64,000 nucleotides of DNA from Sphingomonadales bacterium (GTDB taxonomy: Bacteria > Pseudomonadota > Alphaproteobacteria > Sphingomonadales > Sphingomonadaceae): NCBI GenBank assembly GCA_038234155.1, contig JBBSUT010000002.1, positions 7,504 to 71,503 of the forward strand, written 5' to 3'. A program made the translations under genes and the position numbers. The notes below the pieces were generated by a model. It was given only the letters and a program-made list of their open reading frames with translations, did no database searches and was not told where the DNA came from. Position 1 is the first letter of the stretch, and each line of letters begins with the position of its first letter. This document shows, in pieces, positions 30,816 through 41,011 of this stretch.

Positions 30816-32230
30816 GCCGCCTGATTATCGTCTCGAACCGCGTGCAGAAGCCGGGGCCGGACGGCGCGCAGGGCGGGCTGGCGGTGGCGCTGTCGGCGGC
30901 TCTGCGCGAGCACAGGGGCATCTGGTTCGGCTGGTCGGGCGAGACCGCGGAGAAGTTCACCGGCCACATCGGGCTCGATGAATATAATGGCGTGCGCACC
31001 GCAACGGTCGATCTGGAGGAGCAGGACGTCGACGAATATTACAACGGCTATGCCAACCGCACGCTGTGGCCGCTGTTCCATTATCGCATGGACCTGGCCG
31101 AATATGTCCGCAGCTTCGGTTCGGGCTATGAGCGGGTCAACAAGCGCTTCGCCCAGACGCTGCAGCCGCTGATCGAGGATGACGACGCGGTCTGGGTGCA
31201 CGATTATCACCTTATCCCGCTGGCGTGGGACCTGCGGCGCAATGGCGTGAAGAACCGCATGGGCTTTTTTCTGCACACCCCCTGGCCGCCCACGCGGCTG
31301 CTGGTGGCGCTGCCGCATCACCAGCGGCTGGTGCAATCGCTGTTCGCCTACGACGTGATCGGTTTCCAGACCGGCGAATGGCTGGAAAGTTTTCGCCATT
31401 ATTGCGAAAAGGAGATGGGCGGATGCGTCGACGGCGACGACATCACCGTCGGCAGCCGCACGATCAAGGCCTTCGCCTGTCCGATCGGCATCGATTATGA
31501 CGAGTTTCTGGACGCGGTGAACTCGGACGTGGCCAAACAGGCGCTGCACAAGATGCGCGCCAGCTTGCAGGACCGCGCGATGATCGTGGGCGTAGACCGG
31601 CTGGATTATTCGAAGGGGTTGGAGGAGCGCTTCCAGGGTTTCGAGACCTATCTCACGGAGCATCCAGAGATGCACCGCCATGTCGTGCTGGTGCAGATCG
31701 CCCCGCCCTCGCGCGGCGAGGTGAAGAGCTATCAGGAAATCCGCGCCTCGCTGGAAGCGGAATCGGGCCGCATCAACGGCCGCTTTGCGCATGTCGACTG
31801 GACGCCGATCCGCTACGTCAACAAAGGCTATCCGCGCGATCAGCTGGGCGGCATCTACCGCGCGGCCAAGGTGGGACTGGTCACGCCGCTTCGCGACGGC
31901 ATGAACCTGGTCGCCAAGGAATATATCGCGGCGCAGGACCCCGAGGATCCCGGCGTGCTCATCCTCAGCCGCTTTGCCGGCGCCGCGCAGCAGTTAACCG
32001 AGGCGCTGCTGATCAATCCCTACAGCGACGAGGAAATGGCCGACGCGATCCATGAGGCGCTGAACATGCCGCTCGCCGAACGCCAGCGCCGCTGGAAGAT
32101 CATGATGCACGAAATCGGCGAGACCGACGTGGTGTGGTGGCGCGAGACCTATGTGAACAAGCTGATGCAGGCGGGCGATGTGGAGCGCGCCGAAGACAAG
32201 CTGCTGCTGGATATCCCGGCAGAAGATTGA
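30812..32230 (+). CDS. otsA: alpha,alpha-trehalose-phosphate synthase (UDP-forming)
   Basis: In frame with ORF 30590..32230. The start is [45 protein letters not shown] and [12 protein letters not shown] blocks. Confidence 0.94.
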   Translation: MSRLIIVSNRVQKPGPDGAQGGLAVALSAALREHRGIWFGWSGETAEKFTGHIGLDEYNGVRTATVDLEEQDVDEYYNGYANRTLWPLFHYRMDLAEYVRSFGSGYERVNKRFAQTLQPLIEDDDAVWVHDYHLIPLAWDLRRNGVKNRMGFFLHTPWPPTRLLVALPHHQRLVQSLFAYDVIGFQTGEWLESFRHYCEKEMGGCVDGDDITVGSRTIKAFACPIGIDYDEFLDAVNSDVAKQALHKMRASLQDRAMIVGVDRLDYSKGLEERFQGFETYLTEHPEMHRHVVLVQIAPPSRGEVKSYQEIRASLEAESGRINGRFAHVDWTPIRYVNKGYPRDQLGGIYRAAKVGLVTPLRDGMNLVAKEYIAAQDPEDPGVLILSRFAGAAQQLTEALLINPYSDEEMADAIHEALNMPLAERQRRWKIMMHEIGETDVVWWRETYVNKLMQAGDVERAEDKLLLDIPAED

Positions 32231-32299
32231 GGCCGAGCGCGCGATCGATCCCCCTGCACAAACTCGACAAGCGGACGGCAGCCGCTAGAACTCTGCTCC

Positions 32300-33235
32300 A
32301 TGCGCATCCCGTCCCTCATTATCGCCGCGAGCATCGCCATGACCGCCTGCACCCCCGCCGCCCGTCCGGCAGCCCAGATCGGCGCCGCTGCCGCCGGTGC
32401 GGACACCGCAGCCGCGCCGCCGCTACTGCACTGGGACGATCTGACGGACCGCGCGCGCCCGGTGCCCGACGAAACCATCGCCTATGGCAGCGATCCGCTG
32501 CAGGTCGCCGATCTGTGGCGGCCGGCGGGCGACGGCCCCTTCCCCGCCGTGCTGATGATCCATGGCGGCTGCTGGCAGACCGATATTGCCGACCGCACCC
32601 TGATGGCGTGGATCGCGAACGATCTGCGCGCGCGCGGGATCGCGGTCTGGAACGTCGAATATCGGGGGGTCGACCGGGACGGCGGGGGATATCCTGGCAC
32701 CTATCTCGACATCGCCAATGGCGCCAAATCGCTGCGCGATAACGCCGCGCGGCTGAAGCTGACCATCGATCCGCTGATTGCGATCGGACATTCGGCCGGC
32801 GGGCATCTGGGGCTGTGGCTGGCCGGACAGAAAAAGCTGCCGAAAGATTCCGTGCTGCGCGTTGCCGATCCGGTCATCCCGACCGTCGTGATCAGCCAGG
32901 GCGGTCTGCCCGATCTGGAGCAGGCCGCCACGCCGCCAGGCTCCGGCTGCGGGACAGAGGTGATCGACGCGATTTCCGGCGGCGGAAACTATGCCGAAAC
33001 CTCGGTGCCGCGGCTGGCACCGCTCGGCGTCCGCCAAGTGCTCGTCAACGGCGCGAGCGACCGCATCATTCCCGCCGATTATGCGCGCCGCTATGAGGCA
33101 GACATGCGCGCCAAGGGCGACGATGTGCGCGTGCGCTTCATGCCCGACAGCGGCCATGTCGAGCTGATCGCGCCCGAAACCGCGGCGTGGGCCGCCGCGG
33201 TGGACGAGATCGAAAAGGCGCTGGGACGCAAATGA
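32300..33235 (+). CDS. alpha/beta hydrolase (esterase/arylformamidase-like), predicted lipoprotein
   Basis: 311 aa. N-terminus MRIPSLIIAASIAMTAC. Oxyanion motif MIHGGCWQ. Nucleophile elbow GHSAGGHL. Confidence 0.8.
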   Translation: MRIPSLIIAASIAMTACTPAARPAAQIGAAAAGADTAAAPPLLHWDDLTDRARPVPDETIAYGSDPLQVADLWRPAGDGPFPAVLMIHGGCWQTDIADRTLMAWIANDLRARGIAVWNVEYRGVDRDGGGYPGTYLDIANGAKSLRDNAARLKLTIDPLIAIGHSAGGHLGLWLAGQKKLPKDSVLRVADPVIPTVVISQGGLPDLEQAATPPGSGCGTEVIDAISGGGNYAETSVPRLAPLGVRQVLVNGASDRIIPADYARRYEADMRAKGDDVRVRFMPDSGHVELIAPETAAWAAAVDEIEKALGRK

Positions 33236-33305
33236 TGTTTCGGAGCCCGGCACGGTTCAGCAATAACATGGCGCCAGCACGGCCCGGAAATTACATGGTG
33301 TTATC

Positions 33306-34535
33306 ATGACCATCGACCTCACCCACGCCCGCGCGCTCGACGCGGCCGACCGGCTTGCCCCTGTCCGCGCGCGCTTTCATCTGCCGGACGGCGTGATCTA
33401 CCTCGACGGCAATTCGCTCGGCGCCCTGCCCCGCGCCACCGTGGGCCGGCAGCGGGACATGGTGGAGCGGCAATGGGGACAGGGCCTGATCCGCAGCTGG
33501 AACGATGCCGACTGGATCGATGCGCCAACGCGCGTGGGCGCAAAGATTGCGCGGCTTATCGGCGCAAAGCCGCATGAGGTGCTGGTCGCGGACTCGGTGT
33601 CGGTGAATATCTTCAAGCTTCTGGTCGCCGCGGCGCAGCTGTCTGAGGACCGGCCGCAAATCCTGTCGGAGGCCGGCAATTTTCACACCGATCTGCACAT
33701 TGCCTCGGGCGCTGCGGACCTGCTGCCAGGCAAGCGGCTGGAGGTGGTGGAGCGCGGCACGCTGCTGGAGGCGATCGGCCCGCAGACCAATATCGCGCTG
33801 CTCACCCATGTTCACTACAAAACCGCCGAGCGGTTCGACATGGCCGCGGTCACGGCCCGGGCAGCGGACGCGGGCGCGCGCATTATCTGGGATCTCAGCC
33901 ACTCGGTGGGCGCGGTGCCGCTCGATCTCAACGGCGCGGGAGCCGAGCTGGCGGTGGGATGCGGCTATAAATATCTGAACGGGGGCCCCGGTGCCCCGGC
34001 GTTTCTCTATGTTGCCGAGCATCTGCAGGAGCGGCTGGTGAGCCCGCTGCGCGGCTGGTTCGGCCACGCGCGACCGTTTGCGTTCGAGGACGCTTATGAG
34101 CCCGCGCCGGGCATCGCCCGCTGGCAGGCCGGCACGCCGCCGATGCTGTCGATGGACGCGCTGGAATGCGGTGTGGAAAGTTTCAACGGGATCACCATGG
34201 ACGCGGTATGGGCCAAGTCCGCCGCACTGTTCGATCTGTTCCGCGATCTGGCCGCCGAACATTGCCCCGAACTGGCGTGCGTGTCCCCGGCCGATCCGAA
34301 CGCGCGCGGCAGCCACATCAGCTTCGGCCACGCCCACGCCTTTGCCCTCACGCAGGCGTTGATTGCCGAGGGAGTGATCGGCGATTTTCGCGCGCCGGAC
34401 ATCGCCCGTTTCGGCCTGACGCCGCTCTATCTGCGGTTTGAGGATATCGCGGCCGCGGTAGCGATCATGGCCGATATCCTGGCCACCAACCGCTACCGCG
34501 AGCCGCGCTTTGCCGCGCGCGGCCGGGTTACCTGA
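33306..34535 (+). CDS. kynU: kynureninase
   Basis: 409 aa. IYLDGNSLGALP, and the PLP-Lys region CGYKYLNGGPGAP. Confidence 0.9.
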   Translation: MTIDLTHARALDAADRLAPVRARFHLPDGVIYLDGNSLGALPRATVGRQRDMVERQWGQGLIRSWNDADWIDAPTRVGAKIARLIGAKPHEVLVADSVSVNIFKLLVAAAQLSEDRPQILSEAGNFHTDLHIASGAADLLPGKRLEVVERGTLLEAIGPQTNIALLTHVHYKTAERFDMAAVTARAADAGARIIWDLSHSVGAVPLDLNGAGAELAVGCGYKYLNGGPGAPAFLYVAEHLQERLVSPLRGWFGHARPFAFEDAYEPAPGIARWQAGTPPMLSMDALECGVESFNGITMDAVWAKSAALFDLFRDLAAEHCPELACVSPADPNARGSHISFGHAHAFALTQALIAEGVIGDFRAPDIARFGLTPLYLRFEDIAAAVAIMADILATNRYREPRFAARGRVT

Positions 34536-34544
34536 CCGGTCTGC

Positions 34545-36347
34545 CTAGAACGGCAGGTACAGCCCGGCAGAGGCGCTGACCGCATTCTGGTCTTCGCGCA
34601 GGAACTCGCCCTGCGCCGTGGCGCGCACGCCGACGGGACCGATGCGCCCGTTCACACCCATAGCGACCGAACCGTAATTGCGATCGAGCGCCGTCAGCCT
34701 GCCTGACCAGCTGACCGGCGCGCCGGCGGGGGTAATCGAGAAGCTGCGCGGATCATTGTCGAATTCATGAATATAGGAGGCACGGGCGAAGAAGCCGGTG
34801 CCCCCGATCATGTTGCCCGATGCGACCACGCCGAAGCGCCCGGTGAGGCTCTTGAGGCGCTGATCGCCGAAGGTGGCCTGCGTGCTGAGCGTGTTGCCCT
34901 CGCTGAACCCGTCGATCGTGATCCGCTCGTAATTGACCCCCGCCTCGGGGCCGAAGCGCACCATCGGACCGCTGATCAGATCGACGCTGAGCGCGCCGCT
35001 TGCGGCGAACAGATCGCTGCTGGTCTGGCCGACATGGGTGCGCAGCGCCGGACCAAGCGTAACGTTGCGCTTGGTATCCAGATCGCCCTGGCCGTAGGTG
35101 ACGTCTGCGATCAGCTTGGCCGGGCCCACGGCGGCGCGGGCATAGCCGCTGGCCGTCCACGTCCTGGTGTCGAAGGTGCCCTGGCCGACACTGTAATCGC
35201 CGTTGCCATCCGAATAGCCGCCGACGATGCCGACGCCCAAAGTCTCGCCCAGGCCTACATCGACACCCAGCGTGCCGGTGATCGACCGCTCGGTGCCGCC
35301 GATCCGTGCGGCTGTGCCATTGCTGTCAAAATAGCCGTAGCCGAAGCCGCCGAACAGGGCGATGCCCTGCTGCCCCAGGCCGTGGCGCTGCTCGTTCTCA
35401 AACGATGCGCGGTGGCTGCGCAACGTGGCCTGCTGCGACAAGGCGAGCAGCCCGATCTGTTCGGGCGCCTTCAACAGGCTGGCAATTGCCTGCCCCTGTA
35501 CGCGCTGCGATATGCCGGCGGGGTGCACCGAGTCCGCCAGGATATAGGTGTTGTTGGCGTTCGGGCTGACCAGCGTGCCGCGTGTGCAAACCAGCGAACT
35601 GGCCACGGTGCAGGCCTGGCCGGTAACGTTGATGATGCCAAAGGAGGCGGCATCGGTCACCAGCTCGTTAAACAGCATGTCGGTGTTGAAATACAGGACG
35701 TTGCTGCCCTGGGCTGCGAGCTGCTGTTCGAACCGCGCGTTGAATGCCTTGACCGGGGCTGCGCCACCCGATTGCACCGCCAATGTGATGATCGTCGGCG
35801 CGCCGGCCGCTTCCAGCCGCGCGACCTGCGCCGCCAGCGCGTCGGCGGCGGCGGTCAGGATTCCCGGATTGGTGCCGCCGCCCGCCAGAAAGGCAAAATA
35901 GTCGTTGCCGCCGCCCTGCACATAGACAACGTCGCCGGGGCGAAAGCTGTTGGTCGCCAGGAAATTGGTGATCTGACTGGCCACGGGAATGGCCACGCCG
36001 TTGGCGGCCTGCACCCGCGCGCCGCCGACGGCATAATTGGTGCCGCCCTTGCCATAGACAGGATCGAGCTGGATGCCGAACTGGCTGGCGAACACCTCCG
36101 GCGCCACCGGATCGGGATTGGTGGTGAAGCTCCCGGCGCCTGGCGGCAATGCGCCGGTGGCCGCGTAGAATCCGCCGTCCGCCAGACTGTCTCCGAATAC
36201 GATGACACGGGTTACGCTGGTCGGGCCGTTGTCGCTGGTGTTCCCGGCGGCGCCCGACTGCGCTGCGGCTGGCGCGGCAATCGCGGCCAGACCGAGGGCG
36301 GAACTGGCGAGCAGCAAGACTTTGTTAAAGGTGCGCATGGGTTTCAT
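34545..36347 (-). CDS. autotransporter with SGNH/GDSL esterase passenger (EstA-like)
   Basis: In frame with ORF 34545..36437. The start is MKPMRTFNKVLLLASSALGLAAIAAPAAAQ, or 3 codons later. GDSL block VFGDSLADGG. C-terminal beta-barrel ending ...SASAGLYLPF. Confidence 0.9.
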   Translation of the reverse strand: MKPMRTFNKVLLLASSALGLAAIAAPAAAQSGAAGNTSDNGPTSVTRVIVFGDSLADGGFYAATGALPPGAGSFTTNPDPVAPEVFASQFGIQLDPVYGKGGTNYAVGGARVQAANGVAIPVASQITNFLATNSFRPGDVVYVQGGGNDYFAFLAGGGTNPGILTAAADALAAQVARLEAAGAPTIITLAVQSGGAAPVKAFNARFEQQLAAQGSNVLYFNTDMLFNELVTDAASFGIINVTGQACTVASSLVCTRGTLVSPNANNTYILADSVHPAGISQRVQGQAIASLLKAPEQIGLLALSQQATLRSHRASFENEQRHGLGQQGIALFGGFGYGYFDSNGTAARIGGTERSITGTLGVDVGLGETLGVGIVGGYSDGNGDYSVGQGTFDTRTWTASGYARAAVGPAKLIADVTYGQGDLDTKRNVTLGPALRTHVGQTSSDLFAASGALSVDLISGPMVRFGPEAGVNYERITIDGFSEGNTLSTQATFGDQRLKSLTGRFGVVASGNMIGGTGFFARASYIHEFDNDPRSFSITPAGAPVSWSGRLTALDRNYGSVAMGVNGRIGPVGVRATAQGEFLREDQNAVSASAGLYLPF

Positions 36348-36571
36348 CTCTCCGGTATGCCGAATTAGCTTTGCACGAACGGTGCTTCGGCGCTGATGAT
36401 GGCCGATACGGTATCGCGCGCATTTGACAAGTCCCAAGCGCCGGGACGCCCGCCCGAGATGGTGAATTGCGCGGCCCCGGCATCGGCGCTATGCTTTGTG
36501 TCATCGCCTCGGCTGCGCACGGATTCGACCGCCGTGCCCCGGGGCGCATTATGTTTTACCCGGAGCCGCCC

Positions 36572-37351
36572 ATGTCCCGCCGCCGCAAAATCTACGAAGG
36601 CAAGGCCAAGATCCTGTATGAAGGGCCGGAACCGGGCACTATCATCCAGTATTTCAAGGACGACGCGACCGCCTTCAACGCCCAGAAGAAGGGTACGATC
36701 AACGGCAAGGGCGTGATCAACAACCGCGTGTCCGAACATGTGATGACGCAGCTCGGCAATATCGGCATCCCCACCCATTTCATCCGCCGCCTGAACATGC
36801 GGGAGCAACTGGTGCGCCAGGTGGAGATCGTGCCGATCGAGGTGATCGTGCGCAACGTGGCCGCGGGGTCGCTGTCGACGCGGCTGGGGATCGAAGAGGG
36901 CACGCCGCTGCCCCACACGCTGCTGGAATATTGCTACAAGGACGATGCGCTGGGCGATCCGCTGGTGGCCGAGGAGCATATCGCCTGTTTTAACTGGGCC
37001 AGCGACGAGGAGATGCGCGACATCTCTGGCCTGGCCATCCGTATCAACGATTTCATGAGCGGCATGTTCGCCGGGATCGGCATCAAGCTGGTTGATTTCA
37101 AGCTGGAGTTCGGGCGGCTGTGGGATGGCGATTACAGCCGCATCATCCTGGCCGACGAAATCAGCCCGGACGGTTGCCGGCTATGGGATATCGAGACCGG
37201 CGAAAAGCTCGACAAGGACCGCTTCCGCCGCGATCTGGGCGGCGAGGTGGAGGCCTATCAGGAGGTCGCCCGCCGTCTGGGCCTGCTCCCCGAAGAAGGC
37301 GGGAACACCGTGCTCGACATGGAAAAGCACCGCAAGAAAACGCAGAACTAA
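36572..37351 (+). CDS. purC: phosphoribosylaminoimidazole-succinocarboxamide synthase
   Basis: In frame with ORF 36467..37351. The start is [39 protein letters not shown] and [15 protein letters not shown] blocks. Confidence 0.95.
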   Translation: MSRRRKIYEGKAKILYEGPEPGTIIQYFKDDATAFNAQKKGTINGKGVINNRVSEHVMTQLGNIGIPTHFIRRLNMREQLVRQVEIVPIEVIVRNVAAGSLSTRLGIEEGTPLPHTLLEYCYKDDALGDPLVAEEHIACFNWASDEEMRDISGLAIRINDFMSGMFAGIGIKLVDFKLEFGRLWDGDYSRIILADEISPDGCRLWDIETGEKLDKDRFRRDLGGEVEAYQEVARRLGLLPEEGGNTVLDMEKHRKKTQN

Positions 37352-37501
37352 GCTGTCTGCGCGGCGGCCGGCGTCTGCCGGGCCAACCCGTCGAGACTAT
37401 ACAGTCGTTGGTCGAACGAATCGGCGGCCCGACTTGAAACCGCGGCGCGGCTGCCATAGCCTGTTACGGACTTTGTCATTCGTACGGGGACCGTATATTC
37501 C

Positions 37502-40435
37502 ATGATTACACCAGCCACGTTCAAGTCTCGCCTGATGCGCACAGGCGCGATCCTTCCGTTGCTGCTCGCCGCCGCCGCGCCGCTGGCCGCGCAGACAGCC
37601 GCGCCCGCAGCGCAGGCACCCATGGCGCAAACCGCCGCCGTACCGGCCGGCGCCGTCAATGGCTGGGGCGTCAAGCTCACGGACATCACTCCCGATCCTT
37701 CTATCACCTACGGCGTGCTGCCCAATGGCATGAAATACGCGATCCAGCACAATGACACGCCCAAGGGCAGCGCCTCGATCCGCATGCATTTCGATTTCGG
37801 TTCCTTTGCCGAGACCGATGACGAGCAGGGGCTGGCGCATTTCATCGAACATATGGCGTTCAACGGATCAAAGAACGTGCCCGAGGGCGAGATGGTGCAG
37901 ATCCTGGAGCGAAACGGGCTGTCGTTCGGCGCGGACACCAACGCCTCGACCGGTTTCGATGCGACCGTCTATCAGCTCGATCTGCCCAAGACCGACGAAA
38001 AGACAGTCGACACAGCGATGATGCTGATGCGCGAAGTGGCTGGCAATTTGCTGTTCGATCCCGCCGCGGTTGACCGCGAACGCGGGGTCATCATGGGCGA
38101 GATGCGGGCGCGCGACAGCGTGGGGCTGCGCAACGTCAAGGATCAGCTCGCATTCATTGCACCCAACGCGCCCTATGCCAAACGGCTGCCCATCGGCACC
38201 GCCGAGGTGCTCTCCAACGCCCCGGCCAACCGGCTGAAGGACTTGTATCAGCGCTATTATCGTCCGGAGAACGCCACGCTGGCAGTGGTCGGTGATGTCG
38301 ATGTGGCAGCGATGCAGAAGGAGATCGCCCAGCGCTTCGGAGACTGGAAGGGCGTCGGTGCCGCCGGCACGCCGCTCAACTTCGGCTCGGTCGACCTCTC
38401 GCGCCCGACAGAGGTGGAAATATTCGTCGATCCCGACGTGCCCTATACCGCGTCGATCAGCAGTTTCCGGGCATGGAACAACCCCGCCGATACCACGGCC
38501 GAGCGTACCAAGGGCTTGCTCGATTCGCTGGCGAGCGGCGCGTTCAACCGGCGTATTCAGCGCATCGCCTCCTCCCCCGACAGCGTAATTGTGGGCGGCG
38601 GCATGGGCCAGAGCGATCTGCGCGACGCCGCGCTGGGCACCACCGTGGCGCTGACCGCCAAGGACGGAGAGTGGGCACCCGCGCTCACCATCGCCGAGCA
38701 AGAGGTTCGCCGCGCCGAGCAGTTCGGGTTTACCCAGTCCGAACTCGACGTGCAGCTCGCCAATACCGAAACCAATTTCAAGACCGCCGCGCAGCAGGCC
38801 GATACCCGGCGCAGCGAAGCCCTCGCCAATGGCATTCTCTCGACGCTTGACGATGACAGCTTCATCACCACGCCGGCTTACCGTCTCGTCATGTTCGAGG
38901 CGGTCCGGCCGCAGCTCACGCTCGACGCCGTCAACGCCCGCTTCAAGGACGTCTGGAACGGCAGCGCCGATCTGGTGCGCGTCACCAGCAAACAGCCGCT
39001 GACCAAGGACCAGCAGGCGGTGCTCGATGTCTATCAAGCCGCCAGACAGGCCAAGGTGACCCCGCCAGACCAGACCGCTGCCGCCGCCTTTGCTTATGAC
39101 GATTGGGGAACACCCGGCACGGTGGTTTCGGACAAAATGGTCGACGATCTGGGCATTCGCGAAGTTCGTTTCGCCAACAATGTCCGCCTGAACATCAAGA
39201 AGACCGATTTCGAGCAGGGCCGCGTGCGCTTCAACGTCCGCGTTGCGGGCGGCCAGCTGGCCTTCCCGAAGGGCGAGGCCGGCCTCGCCACGTTCGTCTC
39301 GTCGGTCTGGCCGGTCGCGGGTCTGGAGGCGCATAGCCAGCCAGACCTTCAGGAAATTCTGGCTGGTCGCAACGTCTCTCAAGGTCTGACCGTTAGCGAC
39401 GACGCGCTGGTGTCGAGCGGTGCAACCACCGCCGACGATCTTGATCTGCAGATGAAACTGTCCGCCGCTTTTCTGCTCGATGCCGGCTACCGGACCGAAG
39501 CCGACACGCAGTGGCGCAATATTGTGCCGGTATTTCTGGCTCAGGTGAAAGCGCAGCCGCAGGGTATCGCGGGACTGATCGTACCGAGAATTGTCGCCAA
39601 CAACGACGTGCGCTTCGGCATTCCCGGTCAGGATGTGCTGCTCCAGCGCAACCTGTCCGAAGCCAAGGCGGTGATCGAGCCGCTTGCCACCACCGCGCCG
39701 ATCGAGATCGCCATTGTCGGCGATATCGACGAGGCCGCCGCGATCAAAGCCGTGGCGCAAAGCTTCGGTGCCCTGCCCCAGCGTCAGCTTGACGCACCCG
39801 ATTATGCGGCAGCGCGCACCGTGCAATTCGCACAGGATCTTTCGCCGGTCACACTGACGCATGACGGTCCGGCCGATCAGGCGATGCTGCTCGATTACTG
39901 GAAGACCACAGACGACAGCGATTACACGCGTGAGGTAACCGCCAATGTTGCCGCGCGCGCCGTCGACATCCTGATGCGCGACAAATTGCGCGAGGAACTG
40001 GGCGCCACCTACGGCGCGCAGGTGGGTTCGGACATGTCGAACGTCTATGACGGCTACGGCACGTTCAGCGTGGGCGCCACGCTGGCGCCCGATCGGCTGG
40101 ATGAAGCGCAAAACGCGATCGAAGAGGTGCTCGCCAAGCTGCGCGACGCGCCCATCGGCGATGATCTGCTGCTGCGCGCGCGCGCACCGGTGATCGAGGC
40201 GATCACCAAGTCCCGGCGCGAAAACGGCTTCTGGCTGGGCGTTGCATCGCAGGCGCAGAGCGAAGCGGATCGCCTCGACCGCGTCCGCATGCAGCTGGCC
40301 ACGGTGGAAGCAGTCACCCCGGCGGACATCCGGACGTTCGTGCAGACCTATCTCGCCGCCGACAAAATGCTGCCGATCCGCATCGTCAGCGACAAGCTGG
40401 GCGCTGCCGGTGCGGTGCCTCCCACGGGGGAATAA
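37502..40435 (+). CDS. secreted M16 (pitrilysin/insulinase) family zinc peptidase, double-unit
   Basis: 977 aa. Signal peptide (ILPLLLAAAAPLAAQ). HxxEH zinc motif in GLAHFIEHMAFNGS. Confidence 0.9.
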   Translation: MITPATFKSRLMRTGAILPLLLAAAAPLAAQTAAPAAQAPMAQTAAVPAGAVNGWGVKLTDITPDPSITYGVLPNGMKYAIQHNDTPKGSASIRMHFDFGSFAETDDEQGLAHFIEHMAFNGSKNVPEGEMVQILERNGLSFGADTNASTGFDATVYQLDLPKTDEKTVDTAMMLMREVAGNLLFDPAAVDRERGVIMGEMRARDSVGLRNVKDQLAFIAPNAPYAKRLPIGTAEVLSNAPANRLKDLYQRYYRPENATLAVVGDVDVAAMQKEIAQRFGDWKGVGAAGTPLNFGSVDLSRPTEVEIFVDPDVPYTASISSFRAWNNPADTTAERTKGLLDSLASGAFNRRIQRIASSPDSVIVGGGMGQSDLRDAALGTTVALTAKDGEWAPALTIAEQEVRRAEQFGFTQSELDVQLANTETNFKTAAQQADTRRSEALANGILSTLDDDSFITTPAYRLVMFEAVRPQLTLDAVNARFKDVWNGSADLVRVTSKQPLTKDQQAVLDVYQAARQAKVTPPDQTAAAAFAYDDWGTPGTVVSDKMVDDLGIREVRFANNVRLNIKKTDFEQGRVRFNVRVAGGQLAFPKGEAGLATFVSSVWPVAGLEAHSQPDLQEILAGRNVSQGLTVSDDALVSSGATTADDLDLQMKLSAAFLLDAGYRTEADTQWRNIVPVFLAQVKAQPQGIAGLIVPRIVANNDVRFGIPGQDVLLQRNLSEAKAVIEPLATTAPIEIAIVGDIDEAAAIKAVAQSFGALPQRQLDAPDYAAARTVQFAQDLSPVTLTHDGPADQAMLLDYWKTTDDSDYTREVTANVAARAVDILMRDKLREELGATYGAQVGSDMSNVYDGYGTFSVGATLAPDRLDEAQNAIEEVLAKLRDAPIGDDLLLRARAPVIEAITKSRRENGFWLGVASQAQSEADRLDRVRMQLATVEAVTPADIRTFVQTYLAADKMLPIRIVSDKLGAAGAVPPTGE

Positions 40436-40446
40436 TAGCGCAAATC

Positions 40447-40495
40447 CTCCTCCCCCCTCCCGAATGGAGCAGGAGCCCTTTGGATGGGGGAGGAG
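40447..40495. repeat. nested G/C-run hairpin (REP-like) just after the M16 peptidase stop
   Basis: CTCCTCCCCC (40447-56) pairs perfectly with GGGGGAGGAG (40486-95). The loop contains a second stem, CTCC-CGAAT-GGAG. Confidence 0.6.
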
Positions 40496-40765
40496 CGAGA
40501 TTTGAAAGGTCGGATCGCCGGGATGGACCTGGCTGGGCGGTGATGGGCGGCGGCTCCGCGGTGCAGAAGGTTCCAGCTATTAAGTCTGCGCGCCCGGGAG
40601 CTTACCGCCAAGCAACTACGCCGGGCGGGCAAGCCGGCAAACTGGCAAGGCCGCCTGTGCCGCCCCCGGGGCATCGGACAGAACATCGCTGGCGGCTCTT
40701 GCCTTCCCTCCCCCACGCTCTGTAGGGAAAAGGCGAGTTTCCCAAACCGACAGAGGCCGCCCCCG

Positions 40766-41011
40766 ATGAAAGCACGCGTGTTTGTCACCCTGAAGCCCGG
40801 CGTGCTCGATCCGCAGGGCAAGGCCATCCACCATGCGCTGACCGGGCTCGGCTTCGGCAGCGTAGCCGATGTGCGCGCGGGCCGGATGATCGAACTGGAG
40901 CTTGCGGATGGCACCAGCAACGCGGATATCGACGCGATGTGCCGCAAGCTGCTCGCCAACACCGTCATCGAAAATTACCGGATCGAGCATGACGGGTCGC
41001 CAGGCGCATGA
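40766..41011 (+). CDS. purS: phosphoribosylformylglycinamidine synthase subunit PurS
   Basis: 81 aa, [30 protein letters not shown]... Confidence 0.93.
   Translation: MKARVFVTLKPGVLDPQGKAIHHALTGLGFGSVADVRAGRMIELELADGTSNADIDAMCRKLLANTVIENYRIEHDGSPGA

Noticed and set aside
40600-40670. ZTP (pfl) riboswitch-like fragments upstream of purS (GCCGGGCGGG..., ACTGGCAAGG, CCGCCTGTGCC).
   Set aside because: The blocks are in the wrong order relative to the pfl consensus (GACUGGCG ... CCGGGGA ... CCGCCUGGGC). The 3' pseudoknot sequence is imperfect. It is probably chance GC-rich similarity. A covariance-model scan would settle it.
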